Part shown: one piece after another, positions 38,769 through 50,432 of the stretch
Position numbering within the stretch: the stretch's first letter is position 1
How the letters are laid out: each line of letters starts with the position of its first letter
Assembly: GCA_030390025.1 (NCBI GenBank)
Contig: JASTWF010001061.1
Span: 62,001-126,000, forward strand
Length of the DNA: 64,000 nucleotides
Reading direction: 5' to 3'
Source of the DNA: Squalus acanthias
Taxonomy: Eukaryota
Program-made: the position numbers and the translations under genes
Notes under the pieces: model-generated
The model's database searches: none
What the model saw: the letters and a program-made list of their open reading frames with translations, nothing else
Told to the model about the DNA's origin: nothing

Positions 38769-40148
38769 ACAAGAGGAAGAGCCTCCAGGCGTGAATCATT
38801 CTAGGGGCCCGCAGCTGTCACAAAACCCAGTGCTCGCATTTTGTAAAATGTAGAGACTAGTAAATGGATAAAATGCCAATTTCACCCACGGGAGCATGAG
38901 AGTCTTTGGGAAAGTGGAAACATGGGAAAGTTAGATAAGTTAGTGGGACAGTCTAGTTTAAAAAGACTTAAACAGTTGCTGGGAGAAATGTAATCAGACG
39001 TCTTTCCCTGGTTTGGTTTTTACACTTTCTCTCTGAATTTCCCTCTCATTCTGTGACCTCGCCCTCCTCTAGTACAGCTGGTACCTCATGCTGAGACAGA
39101 GTTCTGCGGGTGCCTGCGACCTCTCTCATTTCTCTGATGAGATAACCTTTCAGGTGCGAGCCCATAGAATGAGAGTAAGCAGGATATTCCACTGTGAGGG
39201 GCAGTGCAGCGCAGCACAGACCGATCCAGCATAGGTGCCCAAGGATCTTCCAACGGCTGTTCTCTCAATATCGAGCAGCAATGTGTACGTGGAATCTGCC
39301 AGCCCATAACAGGGAGGCTAATTCTAATCCCACATCCCACCAGGTCGCAGCCTTGGATAAAATCTCAACGTCAACACAGATCAGAGGGACACATCTACTC
39401 TTTGTTGGAGACGGAAAACACCAACAAAGCAACATTTTTTAATTGCCCACCTTGAATGAATATTGTGTGTATTCACAACAAACTGTTGCAACTTGTTTCA
39501 CTAACCAATCATCAAGGTTAGAGTTCTGTTTCCAAACCGTGAAAATGCAACCAAGAAACCAGTGCTTCTGATGTCGCTGTTGACCTTGCTCACAAGGTGA
39601 TGACCATGGGGCAGATTCCCATCTTTACCGCCTGGATATTAAGCCTCGCCTGGCGGAGCACAGAGTAAAACCAGATGGAGAGGCTCCCACATCATTTGCA
39701 GAACCCGCCTGAATTCCCTTCTATTAAACATCTAGCACCGAGTGTATTATTCCAGTGAGGTGGGTTCGAGGCTTGGGGAAAACTGGACCAAGGCGCCCAG
39801 ACATCATTCATCTCCATCTATCTATAATTCCTGCCTTCTCTCCTTACTGATAGAAACCTTTGGTTTTATATAACTCATAGTTACATAAGAAGATTTAGGG
39901 TAATTTAGGAATTGTAATAATTGAGATGGGTGGAGCATTGGGTGTTTTTCCTAGAATAATTCAGTTCCCATTTGAAAGTCAGGACATTCGGTCCTTATTT
40001 TTACTCAGTACTTTGACTTTATATTTTACAGTTTGGTTTGACAGCTCAGAAGCACAAAGTAATGTCAGTTCAAGTGTAAAGTAAGCCGGAATAAAAAAAA
40101 AATGAAATATTAGCCCACACGCCGCTGCTGCAATGACAGCCGCAGTTT

Positions 40149-40320
40149 GGGGCAATTTGAACCTTAGTGGCTGGGCGGGATCCCACGCTGCTTTCCCGCT
40201 CCCGCACAATATTACTCTCCACTGATTTCAATGGAGAATAAAATTGGGCGCGGGGTAAAACCAGTGTTGCCCCCGATCCCGACAGTTGTTCGGCCGGGCG
40301 GGTTAGGTTAAAATAGCCCC
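40149..40320. mobile_element. Short palindromic MITE-like element, representative of a ~140-220 bp family
   Basis: TIRs ggggcaatttgaacct / aggttaaaatagcccc and a central ccactgatttcaatgg. Relatives at ~45511-45690, 45713-45888, 49911-50096, 51756-51974, 52611-52754, 54261-54399, 59472-59629, 60398-60576 and 60581-60973. Confidence 0.7.
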
Positions 40321-40562
40321 ACGGGGTCAGGAAGGGTTTAATTGCCGTGATATGAACTTCGGCGGTTCACTGTATTGAGGTTCAACAAGCTGAATAGTTT
40401 ATCACTCGACTCTCTGCGGCAACGAGGGCGTTTCCCGCTAGATTCAGACAATATATTAATTGTTATCAATTATACAACTTAACCCCCGGAGCGCTGTTTT
40501 AAACATATTTCTAACCGCCCGCCGTGTATTGTCCATGGCCACATGGCGCAGGCCTTGGACTG

Positions 40563-40636
40563 TGAGTCAGTTTCGGTGCTGCTCACGGTTCAGGGACAGC
40601 CCTGGACAATCAGTGACGGATCTTTACTGCGATTGG
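40563..40636 (+). promoter_or_regulatory. MHC class I-type promoter module A (AP-1, ISRE-like half site, X1/X2-like, Y box)
   Basis: TGAGTCA 40563-40569, AGTTTC 40569-40574, cctggacaatcagTGACG 40601-40618, and ATTGG 40632-40636, 121 nt before ATG 40753. CpG-rich context. Confidence 0.6.
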
Positions 40637-40752
40637 ATGGTGAGCTCCCGGACTGCCCACTTGTGAGTGAAGCTGGGCTCGGTTCCATTCAAATCGCTCA
40701 ATCTTGTTCTGTCACTGGGAGAGACGGCAGGTTGGCGGACGGAAGGGACGGC

Positions 40753-40804
40753 ATGTTTCTGTCACTTGTACTGAGTTTCTTCCGCCTACAAGCGGCCCTG
40801 TCTG
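40753..40804 (+). CDS. Candidate MHC class I leader exon A (MFLSLVLSFFRLQAALS)
   Basis: 52 nt, hydrophobic signal-peptide-like, phase-1 donor G|gtgagt in frame with the a1 exon. Confidence 0.72.
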
Positions 40805-42867
40805 GTGAGTAGCCGGTTCGGGATGCATCCTTGAATGTCTCCAGGCTCACCCTCTGATCTTAGACTGTAACCGGCAGGCCTGTCGGTCACATCAGGTGTT
40901 TCACACAGGGAAACTAGTCAGTGTGTGCGGAAGTGAAGCGATGAAGCGGGATTGGTATCTCCATCTTGCTTCTCAGGCTCGCTGATCCCTTTGCTTGGAT
41001 TAGATGATGTCCATTACTGTCCGGACAGCCTGACATTACCGCTCAGTTACTGTGACAGCTTGTATGTTCGCTCTGATAAGCAGGAGGGGGACGGACAGTT
41101 TGTTCCCGCTAAGCGGCTTGCGGGTACGGAAGTGTCAGTATAACTGCGAGCCCAGTCCCGACTTGACCCCCTGAGTGACCCAGATCCCAGCGGCGAGACT
41201 CCTGTAGGAAAGCGGCTCAGTCGGTTTGGGTTCACACCTGTTTCAGTGTAACTCCAGCCGGCGGGAAGCTGCATTTTAAAAGCTTCTTTCTACCTCCTGG
41301 GAACTTGGAAAACCTTTTAAAACTCCCAATAAATCGGACAAATCATTAAAAATACAGAGGGAGGGGTTCACTTTTATCACAGGGGGAAACGGGTTCCAGC
41401 GACCCGGGAACCTCTTTTACACTTTCCGACTCGCTTTAGAATGAAGCTTTGAGGCGATCCGTGCAGGTCCGGGTGAAGATTGAGCTCCCAGAGTTAACCT
41501 CTCTGTCTCTTTCACACTGACCTGCTGCATATTTGCAACATTTGCAGTTTGTAGCGGATTCCCACCATGTGCGGTTCCATTCAGGCTCATGTTGACTCTG
41601 TGCGATGGTGTAACGAGGGCGAGAGCAGTCGACCGCCAGTTTTCCATCTTTCTCTCCGTTTCCCCCTTCTATTGAGTTCAATGGCAGTAACAATCTGGAG
41701 AGCTGTAAAAGGGGCTGCCGACTGGCTATCGCCCGTTTTACTATCGTACAAAGTCAAGATCGAGCCCACTGACTGTTGGAATTGATCAGTGCCTGCTGCT
41801 CACAGCCTGGAGCTGTTCGGGGTGAACATCAGAGGCAGCTTTCGGCACCTGTTACAGCTGCTGCGGAAGAAAGAGAGAACGAAAGACTTGCCTTTCTACA
41901 GCGCCTTTCACCAACTCAGGACATCAGGTGGAAGCCGATTTAACAGAAACTTTGAAAATGGAATTGGACAAATAATTAAAGGGAAAACAAAAATACAGGG
42001 CTCTGGAGAAAGAGCAGGTGAATGGGACTGATTGGCTCGTTATACCAAAGAGCCGACACAGGCACAATGGGCCGAATGGCCTCCTTCTGTGCTATATTAT
42101 TCCATGATTGGATGGAGTTAAAATACAGATCAGCCATGACCTAATTGAATGGCAGTAAAAGTCTCGAGGGGATGAATGGCCTCCTCCTGTTCCTAAATTA
42201 ATGTTGGTGATATTAGAGGTGAAACGCTTACCATATTGGTGTAACATTACTTTGCCTGTTATTTTAATGGTGTAGCCTGCTTAAAACAAGTGTGATATCA
42301 CCTGTGTTACAGCAATGGACAGTAACATGTCTCAGTAATATTGCCAACAGTAATTTTAGGCAGAACATGTATGGCGGTACAGCGAGTAATAAGGCTCAAT
42401 GAACAAGTGTATTTGTATCTTGGTCTGAAATTCCTCTTTCCACTATTTTAGCAGAGCCTCAATCTGTTCAAAGCAGATAGGCTTACACCGCCACTGAAAC
42501 GGAGGAGTGTTGAATTTTCAGATTGTGTAGCTTGTAAACTTTCTATCACCCAGCAGAAACACTGAAAGTGACCAGCCTGTGATTGGCCTTTCATTGACCT
42601 TAACAAGGCGAGGCTGTATTTGCCAGTGAGATTTGCACCTCTTCTGATAAGGTGCAAACACAGGATTGGAGATTGCTGCTGCTTTTAACAGCCAGCTCTA
42701 TAATCGCTAACGATCAGGTTCAGTGGGTAATATTATCGCCGATGCCTTCAATTTGTGTCCCAGTCTTCCTCCAGTTTCAAGTCTTTGCCATTGACCAGTG
42801 TGTTATTTTCTAATCCAATTCTGCCCGCAGTTCCTAATGTTGGGAATAGAGCCAGAGATTCCCTCCC

Positions 42868-42915
42868 CAGTGACGGGAGGTGAGTTCATTCCCATTGGAT
42901 AGAATGAGTTTCACT
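42868..42915 (+). promoter_or_regulatory. MHC class I-type promoter module B (X2/CRE, Y box, ISRE-like)
   Basis: cagTGACG 42868-42875, cccATTGG with ATTGG at 42894-42898 (118 nt before ATG 43012), and AGTTTCACT 42907-42915. Confidence 0.6.
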
Positions 42916-43011
42916 AAACGAGATAAGTAGAATAATGTGGGAGAGGTTCGGGCAACGACATAACTTTCCCGTTTCGCTGTGCAGGGTTTTCACTGAGTGA
43001 CTCCCTGAAAC

Positions 43012-43063
43012 ATGTTCCTCTTTGCTTTAGTGAGCCTTTACTTTTTTCAAAGGGTGGTTCCTG
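43012..43063 (+). CDS. Candidate MHC class I leader exon B (MFLFALVSLYFFQRVVP)
   Basis: 52 nt, hydrophobic, phase-1 donor G|gtaagt. Joining to a1 gives ...VVP-ESHSL. Confidence 0.78.
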
Positions 43064-43139
43064 GTAAGTCAAATGACAGGAGTTGTGCGGCTATATTCAT
43101 TATTGCACTAGACCGCCATCATGAACAAAGTATTTGACC

Positions 43140-43352
43140 CGGGTTTAGTCCGGGATACACCGACTGCCCCCGTGTTTAGTCCGGGTTATACTGCCTGTTC
43201 CGTAATTAGTCCGGGTTACACTGACTGCCCCGTGTTTCGTCCGGGATACAATGACTGCCCCGATGTTTAGTCCGGGTTACACTGACTGCCCTCTTGTTTA
43301 GTCCGGGTTACACTGACTGCCCCCGTGTTTAGTCCGGGTTACACTAACTGCC
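43140..43352. repeat. ~30-32 bp tandem repeat, 7 units (gtgtttagtccgggttacactgactgcccc)
   Basis: Visible directly, starting ~75 nt into the intron after leader B. Confidence 0.95.
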
Positions 43353-45213
43353 TCGGACCTTGCGGATGCCCTGGGGGAGCTCCTGTGTTGGTTGAAATGG
43401 TGAGGTGACGATAGGGCCTCGTGTGGCGTTGGACGGTTAAGAAACACGCCAGAGAGTTACTGCAGGACTGAAGTAATGTCCCTCAATCATAGAGGGGAAT
43501 TTGTGCGGTGATTCAGGCCGACGTGTTGGCAACGTTGGTTGGACTCATTCCAGGAGCTTTCATCACATGACCTCCAGCCCAGTCAAGCCGCCTTCTGTCC
43601 CCAGCTCTAATATTATTGTAATTGTGATTGTTGTGCTGTTGTTGTTATCTTTCTCTCTAGTTTCTTGCAGCGGTGTCCAGGAGATTAATATTTAATTCCT
43701 GGAGACTGCGGGATAGTTCTGGAGGGTTGGTAAACCTATGCTCCGCCTGTCTGATAGATTAAGTTGGTGGGGACAGTATCATTTCATGATCCGGCTTCAT
43801 TTACATGAAATGAGCGCCAAGACCTTTTGATTTAAAGGCTGCCTGCAGTCCCTTAAAGGGACGGTGCACTTTTCAAGGGTGGTTAATGGAGAGCGACTTA
43901 CTGGAGCAGCAGCTTTCATGACATGGTCAGGTGTCCTCCGATTCTCTGGGCAACGGTGGAGGCGCTTGAAGAGCAAGTTAGCACTGGTACTGAGGACCTC
44001 GACTCCTCTAATAGGTAATGATAGGCCCGTCAAATTAGTCAGCTGTAATGGCGAGAGGTGGATGAGCAAGTTAATTGCAGCAACATTGGGTATAAAGTGC
44101 ATGGTAACCGACAGCGGCTGATGGAGATCGACAGCCTGTTTTGGCTATCGTCCAATTTTCTTTTCCAAAGACTTCAATCGAGTAGAAATTCAGGCGGCGG
44201 GCAAAGCTGGCTGCTGATTCGCTGTCGCCCATTCCGCGCTGCCACCCAAGACAAATTTATATTCCATTTTCCCAAGGATCTAGCTGCATTGCAGGAGGAA
44301 ACGTAATGACCTCACCAGGACTGACAAGGTCAGACTCGGCTTCACGTCTTTCTTACTATCTGCACAGCCTCGCACCGCCTGAAGTTAGCCGCTGCTCTAC
44401 TAATCCTTCCCTTCAGACTTCCCATGGCTCTCCTCCAATCACAACTGACACTCCACTACATTCCAGAGTGAAATTACGAGAAGTCCATTAACAGTTCAAA
44501 ATATTCAGCAGCCAGTACAAGAAATTTAAATAGATTAAGTAGTGAAATCCTACAACAAAATAGAAGTAAAATGTCTCCTAAATATTCCAGCATTTTATTT
44601 CAGACCAACTGAGGATCCCTGTAATATCTGCCTCCCGAGTGGTTCCAGTGTGTCGGCAGGATCAGGAACTAGCGGTAACAATGTGGGCAGAGAGGGAAAT
44701 ATTGCTGAGGGCCCTGATAACCTCCTTTAACCGCAATTTGCATATATTCAAGCTGCTTTTCCCCCTCTTTCGCTCAGTAAATCTGAGGCCAATTTTAATG
44801 TCGCTACAAGCAGCGGGCTGGGAGTAGATCACTGCGCACGCACTAGGGGTGGATTCTGCACGGCTTAGTACCATAATTCTGGATGCACTTCCTCACTAAT
44901 TCACCAAAGAATCCCCAGGTCAGACGTGGGACTAAAATCTTAAAGTTACGATTTACAAATGAGATGAGCTGATGTAATTTATTCGAACCATCACATTTTT
45001 CATTTATTTGGAAAATGGGAATATTCTTGTAAATGGATAACATTAAATATTAAGGCTCATTTTGTCTTCTCTGCAATGGTTTAATACGGGAGCGATGGCA
45101 AAATATCCAGTGATCTCTCATTTTTCGAAATAAATTATTTTTCCGAAGTTGTTTTGCAAACGGATATTTCTGATATTTGATATGCCAATTATGTTTTTTT
45201 TATTATATCCTAG

Positions 45214-45474
45214 AGTCTCACTCTCTGTTATATTACTACACCCTGAACCATGGGATTGCTGATCTGCCGGAGTACAGTGTTATGAGGCTTTTGGATGGCT
45301 GTGAGATAGACTATTACGACAAAAATATGAAAATAACTGTTCCAAGACAGCAATGGATGGCGGAAGCATTTGACAAAAGCTACTATGACGAATACACAAG
45401 CACTCTAGCTGGTTTCCACGGACTCATCAAGGGACCGGTTGATAGATGGTTGCAGCAGAACAATCAAACATCAA
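45214..45474 (+). CDS. MHC class I-like heavy chain, alpha1 exon
   Basis: cctag acceptor, A|gtgagt donor, 261 nt. Encodes ESHSLLYYYT...LPEY...DG.EIDYYD...PRQQWM...NQT (N86 sequon). Confidence 0.95.
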
Positions 45475-46043
45475 GTGAGTGTATTCGTTTGAATGAATGC
45501 AGCGAACGACAGGGTTCATTTAAACTTGGGGGATAGTGTAACATGAGTGATATCGAACCGCCTGATATACACCCGCCTGATTTTCCCTTCCATTGACTTC
45601 AGTGGAAGGGAACATTAGGCGAGGTGTATAATGGACAACTAATTGGATATCAGCCATTTTACACCATCTCTGGAAGGTAACATTAACCCCAATGAATGAA
45701 ATTGGTCATACAGGGGGCGAAATTCAGTATCGGTGTGTGTAAAATGGCAGTAGCAGCGAGGCCACCCTTTATACATGCTGATTGATTTTCCTTCCCATTC
45801 CCTTCACAGTAAAATGGGCCGGGTCTATAACAGGCGGCTTTTCCGCTCCCACCCGTTCAGCAACCCTGCTAAAGTTGAATTTCACTTTCATAACATGATA
45901 AAATACGGTCGCCTGTAAATCAGCTGTTGTTTTACACCGCGATCGATAAATAAAATGAGATGTGGTTTAAAACGGGCAAAATATGGGCGCCTGTGAATCA
46001 GCTGTTGTTTTACAGCTTATCGATTTTCTGAAAATCGGACATG

Positions 46044-46505
46044 TTGAATTCTTTAGGTGCACATTATAAACAAATAAACTGTAACTAAAAATAACCATTA
46101 AAGCAAACTTAACATCGTAAATTAAAATTTGGTTACGGGGATGATGATGCACTCCAGTCTCTGCAATGCCCACCGGTCGCGGAAGGCCTTGAGCATGCCA
46201 GCGGACACCGGGTGCTCCATCTCCAGGGCCACCCGGGCGTGAACGTGGCCGCAGAAGAGAGGCAGGCAGTTGGTCCGAACGATCCCCTCGATCGCCTGCT
46301 GCCTGGACCAGTTGATAGCCACTTTGGCCAGTCCCTACAAGGAGGCCCCCCGATCTGCCCGTTCCCCTCCGCACGGAGTGACCAAAGTTCAGGAGCGTGG
46401 GCCTGCAGTGCAGCGAAAAATCGAGGAGCAGGCGCTTCAAATAATGGAAGAGGGGCTGCAACCTCTGACATTCGATACATACATGGAACACGGACTCCTC
46501 CAGGC
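46044..46505 (-). mobile_element. Tx1/L1-like LINE 3' fragment (Cys/His domain)
   Basis: EESVFHVCIECQRLQPLF...FRDRWA. 9-bp duplication tcggacatg at 46035-46043 and 46506-46514, inside a short hairpin element. Confidence 0.7.
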
Positions 46506-46984
46506 TCGGACATGGTGTAAAGTGGGCGGCCGATTCAGCATTGATCAAATTTTACCTGGTCCAACAGATAAAAATGCACCCCTCCCCACCACCACCAGTG
46601 TTTATTGAATGGCATTTGTATTATTACATTTAATTCATGATATTTGTAATATTGGCCCAGAAATTAAACATGGATGGTTCCCGCGGGGGTAAGGATTCCC
46701 CGCGATATCGCACTCCGCGCCTACCTTTTTGCTCCGGGCCCACACGAACTTTAGTTTCAAAGGCTCTCTCTGTTGGAACCGTGCAGTGCTTGCGTGACCC
46801 AGAGACGCAATTAGTTCGTGCGAGCTCTGGGATCACGTGATTCAGTTAGAGCCAATGGCAGCACACCATCTTTCATTCATAGTTTTGACAGGAAGACCTG
46901 TCAAAGCTATGAATACTCCACACCCCCAAAAGAACAGCTAAACCTCAATTAAATTTTTAAAAAAGCCATCACATTAATAAAATA

Positions 46985-48205
46985 TGATGTGGAGATGCCG
47001 GCGTTGGACTGGGGTGGACAAAAATGAGAAGTCGCACAACACCAGGTTATAGTCCAACAGATTTATTTAATTTTACAAGCTTATGGAGCGGTTCGCTCCT
47101 TCCTCAGGTAGGGTAGCAGTGAGAGAATCTCCCAGAATTCACAACATAGACATAGACAAAATCTATTCAAATCTTTCCCTACATCAAAGACACACTAAGA
47201 GCACAGCCAAGACAATGAGATGTGTCCCAGGGGGTCCAACGTGTCAAAACACCTGCTGGCTGCATATCCTGTCAATTTGTGTTGGTTCTTGTGTTAGTCT
47301 TCGTTAGTCAACATGTCATCGATGACGACAAACACCTTGCTAAGGCCATCCCCACGCCTCCACTACTCGCCTTCAAGCAGCCGCCTAACCTCAAAAGTAC
47401 CATCGTTCGCAGCAGATTACGCATCTTTCAGGAGAACAGCAACGACGACACCACACAACCCTGCCACGGAAACCTCTGCAAGACATGCCAAATCATGGAC
47501 ACAGATAACATCATCACACGTGAGGACACTACCCACCAGGTACACGGTACATACTCATGTGACTCGGCCAACGTTGTCTACCTGATACGTTGCAGTAAAG
47601 GATGCTCCAGAGCATGGTACATCGGCGAGACCATGTAGACACTGAGACAACGTATGAACGGACACCGCGCAACAATCGCCAGGCAGGAGGGTTGCCTCCC
47701 AGTCGGGGAACACTTCAGCAGCCAGGGGCATTCAGCCTCGGATCTGCGGGTAAGCGTTCTCCAAGGCGGCCTTCGGGATGCACGACAGCGCAAAATCATC
47801 GAGCAGAAACTGATAGCCAAGTTCCGCACTCATGAGGATGGCCTCAATCGCGATATCGGGTTCATGTCACGATACAGAACGTGACTTGACATCATGGCCG
47901 GTCTTTCCAGGTGTTTTTTTTTTAAAAAGACTAACACAAGAACCAACACAAATTGACAGGATATGCAGCCAGCAGGTGTTTTGACACGTTGGACCCCCTG
48001 GGACACATCTCATTGTCTTGGCTGTGCTCTTAGTGTGTCTTTGATGTAGGGAAAGATTTGAATAGATTTTGTCTATGTCTATATTGTGAATTCTGGGAGA
48101 TTCTCTCACTGCTACCCTACCTGAGGAAGGAGCGAACCGCTCCGAAAGCTTGTAAAATTAAATAAATCTGTTGGACTATAACCTGGTGTTGTGCGACTTC
48201 TCATT
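46985..48205 (+). mobile_element. 5'-truncated Penelope-like element: GIY-YIG endonuclease between inverted terminal repeats
   Basis: 47302-47884 encodes QPPNL...CKTC...NVVYLIRC...WYIGETM*TLRQRMNGH...VGEHF...EQKLI...GLN, with one TAG at 47636-47638. ~279-bp inverted repeats at 47023-47301 and 47927-48205. Duplication cattaataaaata at 46972-46984 and 48202-48214. Confidence 0.93.
48118..48154 (+). ncRNA. Minimal type I hammerhead ribozyme with an intact core
   Basis: tac-CTGAGGA-a-GGAGCG-aac-CGCTCC-GAAA-gc-tt-gta. Palindromic AAGCTT at stem III. Confidence 0.8.
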
Positions 48206-48695
48206 AATAAAATAAGTATAGTTAAATAAATTAACCACTTTAAACAAAAAATTAAATTTTTGAAAACATTTAAAATCTTTTTAGAAGTTATAAAAATAAA
48301 CTTACCTTTCTTTAAAGTCTCTAAAAAAGATAAACCTGTTGAAAAAAAATTAAAATAACACTTAATTAACTACTTACCTTGTTAAAAGGGGGTCCTACGC
48401 CTGCTTTCTTTGTGTGTAAAATCTTCACCACTTACCTGCGCATTCAAAGCTGAAAAAAAAAGTGCACTGCGTGCGCACAGCCTGTAGCGCGCACGCGGTT
48501 CACTTAGGAACCGCCCCCTTTTCAATTCACGAAGTGCCGGTTTCCCGCACATGCGCAGTGCATGCAGGAAACCAGCAATTCGGGATCAAATACGTGAGAG
48601 TACACCGTGCGTACTCTCACGTATTAGGTCTAATTTTCGGGCCATTATGTTTATTTAATTGTTTTGCTGGTGGTTTACATGTAACTAATCATAAT

Positions 48696-49440
48696 GGGCC
48701 AGAAATTCGGGTCTCCACGGGTACTCACCCGTAGACTGAACGAAAGTGCCGGTTTTGCGCATGCACTGCACATGCGCTGGAAACCGGAACTTCCGTTCCC
48801 CTGAAGGAAGGGGTTCAGAGGTCGAACGCGTGCGCTGGAGAGGCAGTGCTTAGACCTCGAACTTCAGTTTTTTTTCAGGTTTCTCCATGAGGGTTAGTAC
48901 GGAGAAGCTGCGTGGGGAAAAAGGAGGCGCAAGGCCTGCTTTTAACAAGGTAAGTGGTGAATTAAGTACAATTTAAAAAAATTTCAACAGGTTTATCTTT
49001 TTTACATACTTTAAAGAAAGGTAAGTTTATTTTTAGCACAGTTAAAAAGTGTAATTAATTTTTTCAAAAATTTAATTTTTTTTTAAAGTAGTTAATTTAT
49101 GTAATATATAGTTATTTTAAAAATGTGATGCTTTTTTAAAAATTATTTGAAGTTTTAGTGAGGTTTTGGGGCCGATCTCTATTCATAGATTTGACAGGTC
49201 TTCCTGTCAAATCTGTGAATGAAGATTCCCTGCTCCGATTGGCTCTCCATGGCCCACGTGATCCCAGGGGACGCTTCGCACAAACTGCGCCCCTGGGATA
49301 CACGAACACTGCACGCCGGCAGCTGCAGGAGGCCCAGCAGCCGAATTCCACTGGGCCCGAAGCACAACGGCAGGCGCGGTATGTAAGTACGCGCACGATT
49401 CTTGCACCCGCGGGAAGCCGAAGAGCCGAATTTCTGGCCT
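48696..49440 (-). mobile_element. MITE copy 3, inverted relative to copy 2
   Basis: TIRs gggccagaaattcgg / ccgaatttctggcct. The internal sequence is the reverse complement of copies 1 and 2. Confidence 0.82.
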
Positions 49441-50432
49441 ATTATGTTTATGGGGTAATTTTTAACTCTTCAGCAAATAAGTAAGTGGCCAATATTGGAC
49501 CGACCGCCCGTTCTACACCTCGCTCGGATTCCCTTTCAATTGCGCGAGGTTTATAACAAGCCAATGACCCGATATTTTCCGCTTTACACTATGACCACAA
49601 TTTAAAATTAACCCCTCCATGCATGGTCATATTACTTTTAATGAATAATATTCGTAATAGATTTATTGAATGACATTGGAAATAACACATGTATTGAATC
49701 ATATTGGCAATATTGTGTCTATTGAATTATATTGGCAATATTAAATTGAAGGATTATTATTCATATCATTGCATTTGCTCAGTGATATTAGTGAGCACAT
49801 ATTTGATATTTAATGTAGATGTGTAAGTTTGAGGCTTCAATGCCATCTTATATCCCGCAGGTTGCTTATCAGAAATACATAATGCACTGCCTGCAGTTTT
49901 CTATACATTAGGGGTAAATTTTATATTTGGGCAATAGTGTAAAATGAGCGATATCGAACTGACTACCCAATATACTCCCTGTGTAATTTTCCCTTCCGTT
50001 GACCTCTATGGACGTGAGAATCAGGCGAGGTGCAAAATGGGCGGACGATCCAATATCGCCCATTTTACACACACATCCAAAGTCAAAATTACTTTCATGG
50101 AGTCAAGTCCATTGTAACAAGCTTGGAGGACAGGGAATGTTAGCCTATGCTGTGCAAACATAACGCAGTCCCCAATTTAATATCATTTCTGGCATGTATT
50201 GTGACAGCATTGGCTAATATTCTGGCATGTTATTTTATAGTTAAGTAACAACATTGCTGGAAAACTGTGAAGGTGAGAAGTAGAGTCGGTTTATGCACGG
50301 GAGTTTTCCAGAAGTATAGGCTGAAGAGTTGGGTAACAAAAAACTGAGGCATTACAGCGCCACCATTGGAGCGAGGGTGCAATTGCAACATGCTGACTTT
50401 TCATCGGCAACTCCCATTTCAAATGTTGACAT

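Larger units (their letters stand above)
46654..48643 (+). mobile_element. MITE copy 2, interrupted by a Penelope-like element
   Basis: TIRs ggcccagaaatt / aattttcgggcc with att/att flanks. Collinear with 28618-29380 once 46985-48205 is removed. Confidence 0.82.

Noticed and set aside
43140-43352. CRISPR-like ~30-bp repeats
   Set aside because: The units are head-to-tail with no unique spacers, there are no cas genes, and the context is eukaryotic.
47083-48109. Identical small peptides on opposite strands (RESPRIHNIDID...)
   Set aside because: A consequence of the Penelope inverted repeat, not duplicated genes.
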